Shown: positions 1 through 10,164 of the stretch, one piece after another
Layout: every line of letters starts with the position of its first letter
How positions within the stretch are numbered: the stretch's first letter is position 1
DNA from: an uncultured Actinomycetes bacterium
GTDB lineage: Bacteria > Actinomycetota > Thermoleophilia > RBG-16-64-13
Direction of reading: 5' to 3'
Length of the DNA: 64,000 nucleotides
Assembly (NCBI GenBank): GCA_963714175.1
Contig: CAVQNN010000003.1
Coordinates: forward strand, 961,643-1,025,642
Notes under the pieces: generated by a model
Told to the model about the DNA's origin: nothing
Seen by the model: the letters and a program-made list of their open reading frames with translations, nothing else
Databases searched by the model: none
Made by a program: the position numbers and the translations under genes

Positions 1-902
1 TCATCTCCGCCATAGCTTTTCCTGCCGCTTGGTACCTCGAACGGCGGATCGCCCGGCCCGTTCGCCGCGTGGCGGAGGCAAGCCGAGTGGTGGCCGAAGG
101 AGGGCACCCGATGCCCGTTCCCTCCAAAGGACCGGTCGAACTCATCGCCCTCAGTGACTCCTTCAACGACATGGCTGCGAAACTGAAGAAGGCTCAGGCG
201 GCTGAGCGGCAATTCCTCCTGTCGGTCAGCCACGAGCTCAAGACCCCTCTCACCGCCATCGACGGATACGCCGAACTCCTGACCGAAGGGGCCGTGGACG
301 GCGAGCAGGCGGGCCCGGTCCTGTCGAGCGAGGCCGGCCGCTTGAAGCGCTTGGTGAGCGACCTGCTGGATCTCGCCAAGCTGAGTCAGAGCACCTTCGC
401 CATCCGCGAGGAGCAGGTGGATCTCGATGCTGTCGCCGGTGAAGTGGTCCGGAGGCATGCGGCGCGGGCCAAGGAGCTTGGAGTTCAACTGCTCGCTCTC
501 TCATCAGGGGGTGCTGCGAGAGTCCGAGGCGACGAGGACCGCGTCGTGCAGGCCGTCTCGAATCTGGTGGAGAACGCGCTCGGCTGTGTGCCCGGGGGCG
601 GGTTGGTCACGGTGGAGACGAACCCCGGCGAAGTGATCGTCCGGGACGATGGACCGGGTCTTGCAGCCGAGGATCTGCCACGCGCCTTCGAAAGGTTCTA
701 CCTGCACGATCGGATGAAGAGCGACCCTGATCTTGGCACGGGACTAGGACTGGCCTTGGTCAAGGAATTGGTGGAGAGAATGGGCGGAGAAGTCTCGGTC
801 GCCAGCGAGTCTGGCAAAGGAGCGGTCTTCTCCTTGAAGCTGCAGCCGGCTCGCGCTGGGGATGTTCAGTATCTCCGGATGCCGCCGGAGGCAAACCGGT
901 GA
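1..902 (+). CDS. HAMP-domain sensor histidine kinase (5' end outside window)
   Basis: HAMP-like segment, H-box SVSHELKTPLT, N-box NLVENA, G1 DDGPG and G2 GTGLGL. Confidence 0.92.
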   Translation, partial: ISAIAFPAAWYLERRIARPVRRVAEASRVVAEGGHPMPVPSKGPVELIALSDSFNDMAAKLKKAQAAERQFLLSVSHELKTPLTAIDGYAELLTEGAVDGEQAGPVLSSEAGRLKRLVSDLLDLAKLSQSTFAIREEQVDLDAVAGEVVRRHAARAKELGVQLLALSSGGAARVRGDEDRVVQAVSNLVENALGCVPGGGLVTVETNPGEVIVRDDGPGLAAEDLPRAFERFYLHDRMKSDPDLGTGLGLALVKELVERMGGEVSVASESGKGAVFSLKLQPARAGDVQYLRMPPEANR

Positions 903-1445
903 CGCCGGCGACGGTTCTCGGTGGTTCCGAGGCCGGGGGCTCACGACGTTCCGGGCTGATGAGTCTGCGCGAGTACGTCCATCACACCGGACTCTCCACC
1001 GACGCACTGCTGCAACTCGAGGACATGGGACTGGTCGGCGCCCGGGCAGCCGACGCGCCGGGGCTGACGGCCGACGCAGAAGGGGCGACCAAGGAACGAG
1101 AGACGGGCGGTCGACCAATCATCGGGCTCTACGATGCTCTGGACCTGCGCGCAGGATGGGCGCTCAAGACCCTCCTCGACTCCGGGTTGCTGCCCGGAGG
1201 ACCTCGAGATGTGCGGACAGCGTCTTGTCTCGGCAGCCGAGGACGTCGCTCTCGTCCACTACAAGCTGCTTCGCACCGGCCTTGGGTCGACCTCTCGTGT
1301 CTCCAGCGAGATACTGAAGGAGGCACTCTCTGAGTTGCTCGCCGCGCTCACCCTGCGAGCTCTTCGCCGAATCGCCGTCGGGGCTAAGGGGCTCGACCAT
1401 GTCGACTCCGCCTCCTCCCGCTCGGACCCCTGGCGGCCTGCCTGA
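899..1445 (+). CDS. Truncated paralogue of the MerR-family regulator at 2271-3038, C-terminal part only (frameshift ~1195)
   Basis: SLREYVHHTGLSTDALLQLEDMGL..YDALDLRAGWALKTLLDSG..ALVHYKLL..LTLRA aligns by eye with ALPEYILRTGLSVDAVRKLEDLGL..YDSLDLRLGRAVKTLLDYG..ALVHEKML..LTLRA. GTGA overlap with the kinase stop. Confidence 0.7.
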
Positions 1446-1578
1446 AGGCCTCGAACGTAGGGCGCCATCTTGCGCATGGCGCTGTCTTACAGCCACCTGA
1501 CACAACGCTGACCGGTTCCTGACCCAGGCCTGAGACGCTACGAGTGTGACGCGCACGAACACGACCTGGAGGCCGAAT

Positions 1579-2146
1579 GTGACAACTGAAGCGACAACCT
1601 GGCGTGATCCGACACCCGCCGGCAAACCAACGCCGCAGGCGCAAGTCACGGACTCCAGACGTAGAGAACTGGAAGGCAGGCGTCTCCGCGCCGTCTGGTG
1701 TGCGATCTTCCTTGCGGGAGTCACTCTCAGCGGTCTGTTCCTCCACGGGCTGACTCCAGACGGCGGCGCCCCGAACGACGTCCATTCCACGGTCGGTACG
1801 ACCATCCTTCTGGCGGCGCACGTGATAATGGCGGTCGGATTCACGGTCACGATGGTGCGGCACCTTGTTGACAATCGCCGACGGCTACTGGCCTTTTTCA
1901 GGAGAGAGAAGCGCAAGGAACCTGCGTTGTCTGCTCGGCTACGTCGCGTTGGTGGGGCTTCTCGTCGCGTCGATCGCTACGGGGATCATCAGCAGCGGAC
2001 CGGACGGCGTGGGGCAGCACATGGTCATCTCGCTGGTTCTCGCGGCCGCAGGTATAGGGCATGGGGTGAGGCACGCGACCACGCGTAGGCGCCGGGCTTC
2101 GCGGCGAGCGTCCGCCGAGGCCAGGCCCGAGGGCGTGACCGATTGA
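1579..2146 (+). CDS. Four-TM His-rich membrane protein (DUF4405/cytochrome b-like), frameshift ~1915
   Basis: GGAGG RBS then GTG. Hydrophobic helices carry paired His (AAHVIM..VRHLVD; GQHMVI..GIGHG). Paralogue of 3028-3873. Confidence 0.65.
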
Positions 2147-2216
2147 GTTGACGCATCCTCCAGCGGGACTTCCACGAGGCGTGTCTCTCGGGATCGTGGG
2201 AGGTGCGCCTCTCCTC

Positions 2217-2246
2217 TTGACTGCGCATATAGTGTTGCTATATGCT
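2217..2246 (+). promoter_or_regulatory. Sigma70-type promoter with MerR-type dyad operator
   Basis: TTGACT (2217-2222), 18 bp, TATGCT (2241-2246). Perfect inverted repeat GCATATAG-N5-CTATATGC (2225-2245) lies in the spacer, upstream of a MerR gene. Confidence 0.7.
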
Positions 2247-2270
2247 GCTATGTAGTAAATGGAGGTGGCG

Positions 2271-3038
2271 ATGCCCGAGAAGGACTCCACAAAGAACCTG
2301 ATGCGGATCGGCGAGCTGGCCAAGGCGTCCGGAGTCACGGTCCAGACGATCCACTTCTACCTGCGCGAGAGGCTACTGCCGCCGCCGACCAAGACGGCTC
2401 CCAACATGGCCTACTACGGCCCCGAGTATCTGGAAGACATACGCCTCATCAAGGAACTGCAGAGCGAGAGGTATCTCCCTCTGGGCTTGATCCGCCAACT
2501 GCTGGAGGTGAAGCGCGAGGGACACGATCTGGACCACCTGCGCGAGATGCGCCTTGCTCTCGACTGGGCTTTCAGTGACGGTGAGGGCCAGGCGGACGCT
2601 GGGCCTGTGGCTCTGCCGGAGTACATCCTTCGCACCGGTCTCTCCGTCGACGCGGTCAGGAAACTGGAGGATCTGGGGCTGATCACGGCTGGGACGGCGG
2701 TAACGGAGGAGGCGGGTGGTGAGTCGCCCAAGCCCTACGACTCTCTGGATCTACGGCTGGGGCGGGCGGTGAAGACCCTGCTCGACTACGGACTTGGCCT
2801 GAGCGACCTGGAGTTGTACAAGCGGCAGCTTGCTCTGTGCAGGGAAGAGTCCGCTCTTGTCCACGAGAAGATGTTGCACAACCGCCCCCGTTCGATACCG
2901 CGCATCCCCACCCAGAAGCTGCTGGATACGCTCGGCGAGATGCAGACCGTGCTCACCCTGCGCGCCACTCGACAGGTGGCGACGAAGACCCATGAACTGC
3001 CACACGAAATCGAGCAGGAGGCTGAGGGTGCAGACTGA
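2271..3038 (+). CDS. MerR-family transcriptional regulator
   Basis: MRIGELAKASGVTVQTIHFYLRERLLPPP..AYY HTH motif; GGAGG RBS. Confidence 0.9.
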   Translation: MPEKDSTKNLMRIGELAKASGVTVQTIHFYLRERLLPPPTKTAPNMAYYGPEYLEDIRLIKELQSERYLPLGLIRQLLEVKREGHDLDHLREMRLALDWAFSDGEGQADAGPVALPEYILRTGLSVDAVRKLEDLGLITAGTAVTEEAGGESPKPYDSLDLRLGRAVKTLLDYGLGLSDLELYKRQLALCREESALVHEKMLHNRPRSIPRIPTQKLLDTLGEMQTVLTLRATRQVATKTHELPHEIEQEAEGAD

Positions 3039-3873
3039 ACGACCAGAAGGGAACGACCTCGCTTCGACCGTCAAGCCGTCCCCGCGGACGGGCACCACGG
3101 GCGCCCGACGTCGAGGACTGACCGGCCATCGGGCACGGGCCGTCTGGTGTTCGATCTTCCTCGTGGGCACGACTGTCACCGGTCTGGTTCTTCACGGGCA
3201 GACACCGCACGGCGGCGCTCTTGACGGGCTGGTCTCCTCGTCAGGCGGCGGGCCGGTCAGCCTCCAAATCGCGCACCTGATCTTCGCGGGCGGCCTCACC
3301 ATCTCGATAGCGTGGCACCTTGTCGACAAGCGCAGGCCGCTGCTTGCCGCTGTGAAGAGGAGAAGCGGAAGGAGCCTGCGTTCTCTATCTGCCGGTATGG
3401 CGCTCGCCGGACTCCTGGTGGCGTCGCTCGCCACGGGGTTTGTGAACAACGGGGCCGGTCACGTGGAGCACCACACGGCTGTCTCGATCGCCCTTGCGGT
3501 GGCGCTAGGCTGGCACGGGGCGCGACGGATGGCGGCGCGGAGACGCCGGGGTTGTGGGCGAGTTGCCGATGGAGGCCCGACCGTGAGCGCGCAGCGGACC
3601 GAGGCCACGGACTCTACCGAGTCCCGAGGCTCTCGAAAGGCTCGGCGCGCCCAGCGCGATCACCACCGCTCCGCGACCGAGTTCATCCTGGCCGACACCC
3701 GACTCTGTGAAGCCTGCGGAGACTGCGTGGAAGCCTGCCGCAGAGGGGTTCTCAGCGTGAAAGGGCCTCGGTTCCACAGGCACGTGCGCATCGACCATCC
3801 GGAAGAGTGCCGCGGTTGCGGCAAGTGCGTCTCCGCCTGTACGCATGGCGCGCTTCTACGGATACCAGGGTAG
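3028..3873 (+). CDS. His-rich membrane protein (DUF4405/cytochrome b-like) in frame with a 2x[4Fe-4S] ferredoxin domain, which may be a separate gene from GTG 3583
   Basis: AGGAGG+GTG at 3028. TM helices with IAHLIF..AWHLVD and EHHTAV..GWHG. C-terminal CEACGDCVEAC and CRGCGKCVSAC. Second GGAGG+GTG at 3571-3585. Confidence 0.75.
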   Translation: MQTERPEGNDLASTVKPSPRTGTTGARRRGLTGHRARAVWCSIFLVGTTVTGLVLHGQTPHGGALDGLVSSSGGGPVSLQIAHLIFAGGLTISIAWHLVDKRRPLLAAVKRRSGRSLRSLSAGMALAGLLVASLATGFVNNGAGHVEHHTAVSIALAVALGWHGARRMAARRRRGCGRVADGGPTVSAQRTEATDSTESRGSRKARRAQRDHHRSATEFILADTRLCEACGDCVEACRRGVLSVKGPRFHRHVRIDHPEECRGCGKCVSACTHGALLRIPG

Positions 3874-4930
3874 TCGCATAGCCCAGGAGCGCCGGCGCGG
3901 GGAGTAGATGATCTTCGCCTTGAGCGTCTTCGCCATCACTCGGCGCGCGAGATGCTCGAAGGATCGTTCGTAGTCGCGGTCCGGAGTGACGGCAGGCTAG
4001 CGGCTCGGCCCGCCGCCGCGCCGCTGAGGAGTGCGAAGGAAATGCCCTCGCCGCTCGAAGGGCTGACAAGTCCGGCGGCCTCACCGACCAGCAGAACGTG
4101 TCCGCGACCGGGAAAGAGCTCGGAACGTTTCCGTGGCCGCGACAACCGTCGAGCCGAGTGCTCCAGGATCTTCTCTCCCAATCCCAGTCTCTCCCTATAC
4201 CAGGCAAGAATCTGCTCGAAGCGCTCCTTCACCTCTCGCGTCTCCTCGAAGGCGCAGCCGATGAGCACGGTCTCGTTCTTCGGGATCGCCCACGCGTAGA
4301 AGTCGGTTTGAGCGCTGGAGAAGAGGACCTCGTGCGTGAGGGCGTTGGCCGGGGAGGCCTCAGGATTGGCGAGCGTGGCCTGAAGCGACACCATCGTGGC
4401 CGGGCCCGGGCGATCAGGGAAGAAATGGCGCCGCACGCTGGAGTTGGCGCCGTCGGCGCCAATCAGCATCTTGGTGCGAACAACCTGCGTCTGAGTTCCG
4501 CGCGAGAGCAGGACTTCGTCGGGCTCGGTGCCGACGCCGACGAACCTGGTCTGGCTGCTCACCTCGACCCGCTCCGCGGCCAGCTCGAGCAGCCAGGAGT
4601 CGAAGCGCGCCCGACTCACATTGACGTAGTCGCGGCGATAGGTCTGGTCGCGGCCGCTGTCCACGTCGTGCACATGGACGAGGCGGGCATCGGGTTGTAC
4701 GCGCACGTCTTCGGGCAGACTCAGCCCCAGCGAGGACAGAGCCGCTTGGGCATCGGGCGCCAGCAGCCCCCCGCAGCATCGTTCCCGAGCCGGATCGGCG
4801 CGGTCCACCAGAAGGCCACGCACGCCGGCCGGCAGACAGAGCGCGGCTGCGCATCCGGCCGCTCCGGCGCCGACTATGATCACATCATAAGAGTCGGCGA
4901 GCGGCGCAGAGGCCGGGTGCGTATCAGAGC
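3856..4930 (-). CDS. CbrA-like FAD-dependent oxidoreductase (geranylgeranyl reductase superfamily); frameshift near C-terminus, start uncertain
   Basis: DVIIVGAGAAG Rossmann motif, CCGGLLAPDAQ, IGADGANSSVRR and VGEAAGLVSPSSGEGISFAL resemble E. coli CbrA motifs as I recall them. Confidence 0.8.
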
Positions 4931-6166
4931 AGCTCCAGGAAGCTCTCCATGGCCTGCCGGGACTTCTCCTGCTGCGGTCCGCCGCGGCCGAGGGCGTCGC
5001 CGTCGATGGCCAGGAAGGGGATGCCCGCCTCCACGAAGGCCGCCCGCACCACCGGCACCGAGCCGAGGCCGTGCCGGCAACCCCAGTGGTTGAAATGCAC
5101 CACTCCGTCGACCTTGAGCTGCTTGGCCAGGGCCACATTGAGCCGGGCCCGCCGGGCCGAGGTGCCCCACATGACGTTGTCGGTGAGTCGCTTCGCCAGA
5201 CCCGGGGAAGGGATCGTCGGGGTCGACGGTCTCCAGGTGCATCTGGCCCATCTCCTCGAAGATCACGACGGCGTCTCGCTCGCGGAGCATGTCGAAGATC
5301 TCGGCGTCGTGATGAGGGACGGTGTGCAGCCAGAGCAGCCGCTTGAGCTTGCGGCCGCCATCCAGCACGGGAGCCATGAGGTCGCTACGGCCCCGCTCGG
5401 TGAGCAGCCGCTCGAAGTCCTTGGCGCCTTCCTCGGTGCCCCAGAGGAGCTGGCCCAGGAAGACGGTGGCGAAGGTGCGGCGTCCGTCCATCTCCAGGCG
5501 TCCGGCCAGGCGTTCGGTCATGACGTGGCCCCAGGCCGCGGAGGCCCGGTTGGAGAGCTCGATGGCCTTCTTGAGGTTCGGCTTGCGCCCGGTCCAGCGA
5601 CCGATGTCGTCGTGGAGCACGCGCATCTGCTCGGCCACGTCGGCGACGACCTCGGGGGATGCCTCGCCCTCGTCCGGCGGCAGCGGGACGCGGATCTCCC
5701 GGAAGGGCACGTTGTGACGGACCGCCAGCATCTCGAGCAGGCACTCCTTGCCCAGGCAGAGGGGAGTGGTGCCCAGGCACATGGAGGGCGCCGGCAGCAT
5801 GTCGTTCTCGACGGCCGCGAGTGCGATGCGGTGGTAGCTACAGACGTCGCGCGCCAGCGGCATGCGCGCGGCCGCGGACTCGACAGCCTCGCGTAGGTCG
5901 GTGCCGGTGAGGGTGGCGGAGCCGAGTTCGGGGATCATCGGTGTGAGCTTGTAGGAGGTCAAGAGCTCGGTGGGGAAGAGGTACGACACCCAAGGGACGA
6001 TGGCGCCAGGCTTGAAGAGATCGAGAGACGCGCTCAGAGCGTGGAGTTCCATGTAGCGTCGTGCGGTGCGGGCCTGCATCGCCTTCCAGCGGGTCTGAGC
6101 CAGGAAGGCGGTGCGGATGAGCGAGGCACCAAAGGAGTCACCGGTGACGTCGGCCATGCCGGGCAT
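4924..6166 (-). CDS. 2-hydroxyacyl-CoA dehydratase family subunit (HgdAB/FldBC/BcrBC-like), frameshift ~5200
   Basis: DVCSYHR, TTPLC, VIFEEMG, DGVVHFNHWGCR, PFLAIDGD and MESFLELL motifs. Confidence 0.85.
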
Positions 6167-6172
6167 GGGCAG

Positions 6173-7234
6173 CTAGTCCTCCTCGTCGAACAGGTCGTTG
6201 TCGAGCAGGTCGTCGTCGAGAAGCTGGGCCTCCAGGAAGGCCTCCACCCGGGTGCGCAGCGGGCCGTTGGCGTCGAAGGGGAAGTCCACCTCGATCTCCA
6301 GGTAGGGGAGTCCGCGTTCCTCGCGCCAGTCGCGAGACCAGCAGGGCGTCGTAGGCGCCGGGGTCGCAGAAGCTCTGCCGGGCGTAGATGATCGACGACG
6401 GACGCGGTCTGGTCGAGGCGCCGCACCAGATGATCGCGCCGGTCGGCGGTAGAGCGTCGGGGACACATGCCGATCTCGAGGATGCGGGCGGCCAGAGCGG
6501 CGTGGTCGAGTCGGCGCCGTCGCGGCGTCGGCGCCCGTTGCTCGCCGCCAGCGGCTTCCAGCGATCCGGCGAGGTGCAGGACTCCAGGCCGGCGACGCCG
6601 ACGCCCAGCTGTCCGACCAGGCGCAGAAGGGAGTCGTCGCTCAGAGGTCCGGCCACCAGGAACACTCCTCCCGGCTGTGGAGCCGAGGGGTAGTCGAGAG
6701 TCGGCGGTTCCTGCACGAGCGGCGCGGCTGCGGCTGCGGCGCGCGTCGGCTCGCGGCGGCTCGGCTCGCTCGCCGCAGCGCCTGTCCGCTCCGCGCCGGC
6801 AGGCAGCGGGCGGCCAGCCATTCCTCCAGGCGGCGCAGGTCGGCGGCCAGTGTCTTGGCCACCTCAGGTCCCGAAGTCCGGGGCATCGACAGCACGAACA
6901 CCCGCTCGGGGTGGGCCGCGGCCATCAGGTCACCCATCCGCCGCATGGCGTCGCAACCGCCCGGGACGATCAGGCAATCATCGCTCGAGACGGTGCCTGT
7001 CGCGGCGCCGCCGTTCGGCGAACCGCCGGCCGGGGAGACTTCCCCCAGCACATCCTCGGCCGCCGCCACGAGCTTTGTGACGTACGGACAAATCATCGGG
7101 TGTATGCTGAGTGCATCACGTCGGGCCGGAGCCGCCGCATCCCGCAGGCGGTTGCCCAGCCAGATAGGCGAGTAGCCGCTGCGGACTACGAGTTCCAGCG
7201 GCAGCAGGTCACAGGTGTAGTAGCAATAGGGCAT
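6173..7234 (-). CDS. Second 2-hydroxyacyl-CoA dehydratase family subunit (several frameshifts), acidic C-tail
   Basis: YTCDLLPLELV, HPMICPYV, GGCDAMRR, ESC, MCPR, SFCDP, PYLEIEVD and RTRVEAFLE motifs across frames. Confidence 0.8.
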
Positions 7235-7427
7235 GGGCAGATCCATGACAGGTTATGGCCCGGAGCCGACTATTGCAAGACCGGGCTTCGCTTGTGACTC
7301 ACCCGGGATGTCTCCCGGGGAGTCAAGACCTCGCCCAGCGGCCGATCCCCAGCGGGCAGATCGACCCGACGGACGGCGGGAGACCTTCATTTGTATCCAC
7401 ACTGGTGGGGGGCAAAAGGAGAGGGCG

Positions 7428-8119
7428 ATGCCCAAGAACAAAGTCGTAGGTCTCGAAGAGGCCATCTCCCACATCAAGTCGGGCATGACGGTCGCCGTCG
7501 GGGGATTCCTTTCCCAAGGCGATCCGCTCACGCTGATCCACGGACTCAGGGAGTCGGAAGCAAGGGACCTTACCATCGTCTCATGCACCGGCGGTTTCCG
7601 GGATCGTGGGATCGTTGAACTGGTCAAGCTGGGCAAGGTGCGCAAGCTGATCACCAGCCATATCGGGACCACCCCCGACGTAGTCAAGGCCTATCATGCC
7701 GGCGAGATCGAGGTGGAGTTGGTCCCGCAGGGTACGCTTGGCAGAGCAGATGCGTGCCGGGGGTGCAGGCCTGGGCGGCTTCCTCACGCCCACCGGCATG
7801 GGAACGGTGGTCGCGGAGGGCAAACCGCTCATCGAGGTCGACGGCCGGACCTACCTGCTGGAGAAGGCCATCCGGACCGATGTGGCTCTGGTGCGCGCCC
7901 ACGACGGCGACACCTGGGGCAACCTGAGGTATCGCGGCACGGCCAGCAACTACAATCCGGTCGTGCGCCACTTGCGCCGAGTACACCATCGCCGAGGTGG
8001 AGTACCTGTACAGCCCCGGTGAGATCGCGCCGGAGAGCGTGCAGACCTCCGGCCTCTACGTGCAGGCTGTGGTCAGGGCCGACCTGTCCTACCGCGGCTC
8101 GTCGCTTACCACCTGCTGA
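7428..8119 (+). CDS. Family I CoA-transferase subunit A (AtoD/ScoA-like), frameshifted
   Basis: [55 protein letters not shown]. Confidence 0.9.
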
Positions 8120-8146
8120 CAGCCGTCTTTCCAAGGAGAGATCAAA

Positions 8147-8824
8147 GTGCCTGAGATCGATATCAAGAACATCATCGCCGATCGGGCCGCCCAGGAACTC
8201 AAGGACGGTCAGATCATCAACCTGGGGATCGGGGTCCCGACACTGGTCGCCAACCACGTCCCGCCTGGTGTGGACGTCGTCATCCACAGCGAGAACGGAG
8301 CCGTGGGCGTGGGCCTCACTCCGGCGCCATACTGTGGCGATCCCGACAGGGCCAACGCAGGGGGCGCGCCGATCACGCTCAATGCTGGGGGCAGCTACTT
8401 CGATTCCGCCACTTCGTTCGGCATGATCCGGGGTGGTCACGTGGATATGACCTTCCTCGGTACTCTGCAGGTCGACGGAGCGGGCAATATCGCCAGCTAC
8501 GAGATCCCCGGCAAGCTGGTGGCCGGCATGGGCGGAGCCATGGACCTGCTGGCGGGCGCCAAGACGGTGAACGTGGTGACCGAGCATTGCTCCAAAGATG
8601 GAGCCAGCAAGTTGGTCAAGAACTGCACCTACCCGCTGACGGGCGCCGCCGAGGCCGACGTCATCATCACCGAGCGAGCGCTGTTCCGTCGCTACCCCGA
8701 CAAGGGTTTCGTCCTGGAGGAGGTGGCCCGGGGCTACACCTTGGACGACATCGCTGCGTGCACCGACATGGACTACGTGGTGTCCGACACGGTCAAGCTG
8801 GATGCATACGGACCGGAGGGCTAG
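8147..8824 (+). CDS. Family I CoA-transferase subunit B (AtoA/ScoB-like)
   Basis: INLGIGVPTLVAN, catalytic SENG, FGMIRGGHVD, GMGGAMDL. Confidence 0.93.
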   Translation: MPEIDIKNIIADRAAQELKDGQIINLGIGVPTLVANHVPPGVDVVIHSENGAVGVGLTPAPYCGDPDRANAGGAPITLNAGGSYFDSATSFGMIRGGHVDMTFLGTLQVDGAGNIASYEIPGKLVAGMGGAMDLLAGAKTVNVVTEHCSKDGASKLVKNCTYPLTGAAEADVIITERALFRRYPDKGFVLEEVARGYTLDDIAACTDMDYVVSDTVKLDAYGPEG

Positions 8825-8844
8825 ACTCGGGAGGGCTGGGGGCT

Positions 8845-9588
8845 ATGAGGAACCTTGCCCGGCACTGCCTTGTGGTGGTGCTGGTCGTTGCGTGGGTCGG
8901 GGCGGTGGTCTACCCCGACCCACGCCCGTTCTTCAGCTCGGTGGCACGGCTCAAGAATCCGCCCGTCGACGCCGGGGCGGCGGCCGAGATGGCGGCCGGG
9001 CTCCCCGATGACTACAAAGCCATCGAGGACCACGTTGCCAGCTACGTCCCCTGGAAGCCGGCGTGGACCGTGTACCGCCTGCCCTGGTACTTCCCGACCG
9101 TCAGCGAGGTGATCGCCGACCGGGCCGGGGACTGCCAAGCCCAGACCGTGCTCATGGCCAGCATCCTCGAGGCCAAGGGGATGCCCTACACCCTGCGCTA
9201 CTCCTTCGACCACGTGTGGGTGGACTACCCCGGCAGGCAGGTGACGACGCTGGAGGATCCGGCCACCTCGTTCGTGTCCGACGAAGGGGAGGGCTGGCTG
9301 GCCAGCCTGCCGGACAAGCTGCCCCTCTGGACGATCGTCAAGGTGCGCGTCGCCTATCACTGGACTCCCATGCCGCTCATGCAGAAGCTCCTGATCCTGC
9401 TGGGAACGGCCGTCATCGTCGGCTATGGCGAACGGCGTTTGTTCGGCAGGGTGAAGCGACTGATCTGGCGTGAGACTCCGGTGCTGAGCGTATCGCGCGC
9501 CCGTGAGAAGAGGGAGCGCCTAGGAGGCTGCCGAAAAGCGTACGCATCGCGCTCTGGCGGCGGAACGTCCCTTTCAGCAGCCTGCTAG
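8845..9588 (+). CDS. Membrane-anchored transglutaminase-like domain protein
   Basis: N-terminal TM, GDCQAQ..DHVWV (Cys-His), second TM near C-terminus. Confidence 0.65.
   Translation: MRNLARHCLVVVLVVAWVGAVVYPDPRPFFSSVARLKNPPVDAGAAAEMAAGLPDDYKAIEDHVASYVPWKPAWTVYRLPWYFPTVSEVIADRAGDCQAQTVLMASILEAKGMPYTLRYSFDHVWVDYPGRQVTTLEDPATSFVSDEGEGWLASLPDKLPLWTIVKVRVAYHWTPMPLMQKLLILLGTAVIVGYGERRLFGRVKRLIWRETPVLSVSRAREKRERLGGCRKAYASRSGGGTSLSAAC
9520..9588. mobile_element. MITE-like element with ~13-bp terminal inverted repeats flanked by CTAG
   Basis: CTAG-gaggctgccgaaa...tttcagcagcctg-CTAG, between convergent genes. Confidence 0.55.
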
Positions 9589-9610
9589 GCTCGGCGGCGC
9601 CCGTCGAGAC

Positions 9611-10137
9611 CTACATGCGAGAGAGACGCTCCAAGATCGCTTCGCGATGCGCTTCCACGTACGCGCTGGCCGGCGCGCAGCCGCATTTTCGGCACTTCAG
9701 GTCGTATGCCGAGTTGAGGGTTCCGCACGACGGGCAGGTGTTCCGTTCCTTCGCCTCCACGAGCCACGCCTCCGGCGCCTACCTCGCCGATGCGGGCGAG
9801 GCTCTCGTACAACTCTGCCCGGTGAGGGTACTCGACCTGGAACGTCGGAAAGGTTCTCGCACGGGTATTCCGAGCACTCGCTGCAGAACGACAGCCCCCG
9901 CTGCTCGGCGCAGGCGTAGAGGTTGCAGGCTTCGCAGTACGGCGTGCGCTTCTGGGAGCGGCAGCCGTCGCAGTGGGCCTGCTCCACGGTCCATCCCATG
10001 CGCCCGGCGAATGTCGCGAGCCGCGCCGGGTCCTCCTGGCTGCCTATGAAGATGCTGCACGCATCGCAGCAGAGTCCGCAGACCGCCGCGGTCGTGGGGG
10101 CCTGCTTCGGGGCCGTGTCGCTTGATTGTGGCGTCAT
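9611..10137 (-). CDS. DUF3795-family Cys-rich protein (frameshifted)
   Basis: AVCGLCCDAC, CDGCRS, CNLYACA, FCSECSEYPC and C-terminal CPSCG..CRKCG. Confidence 0.8.
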
Positions 10138-10164
10138 GATGCCTTGCTCCCTCTTTGCGATGGG

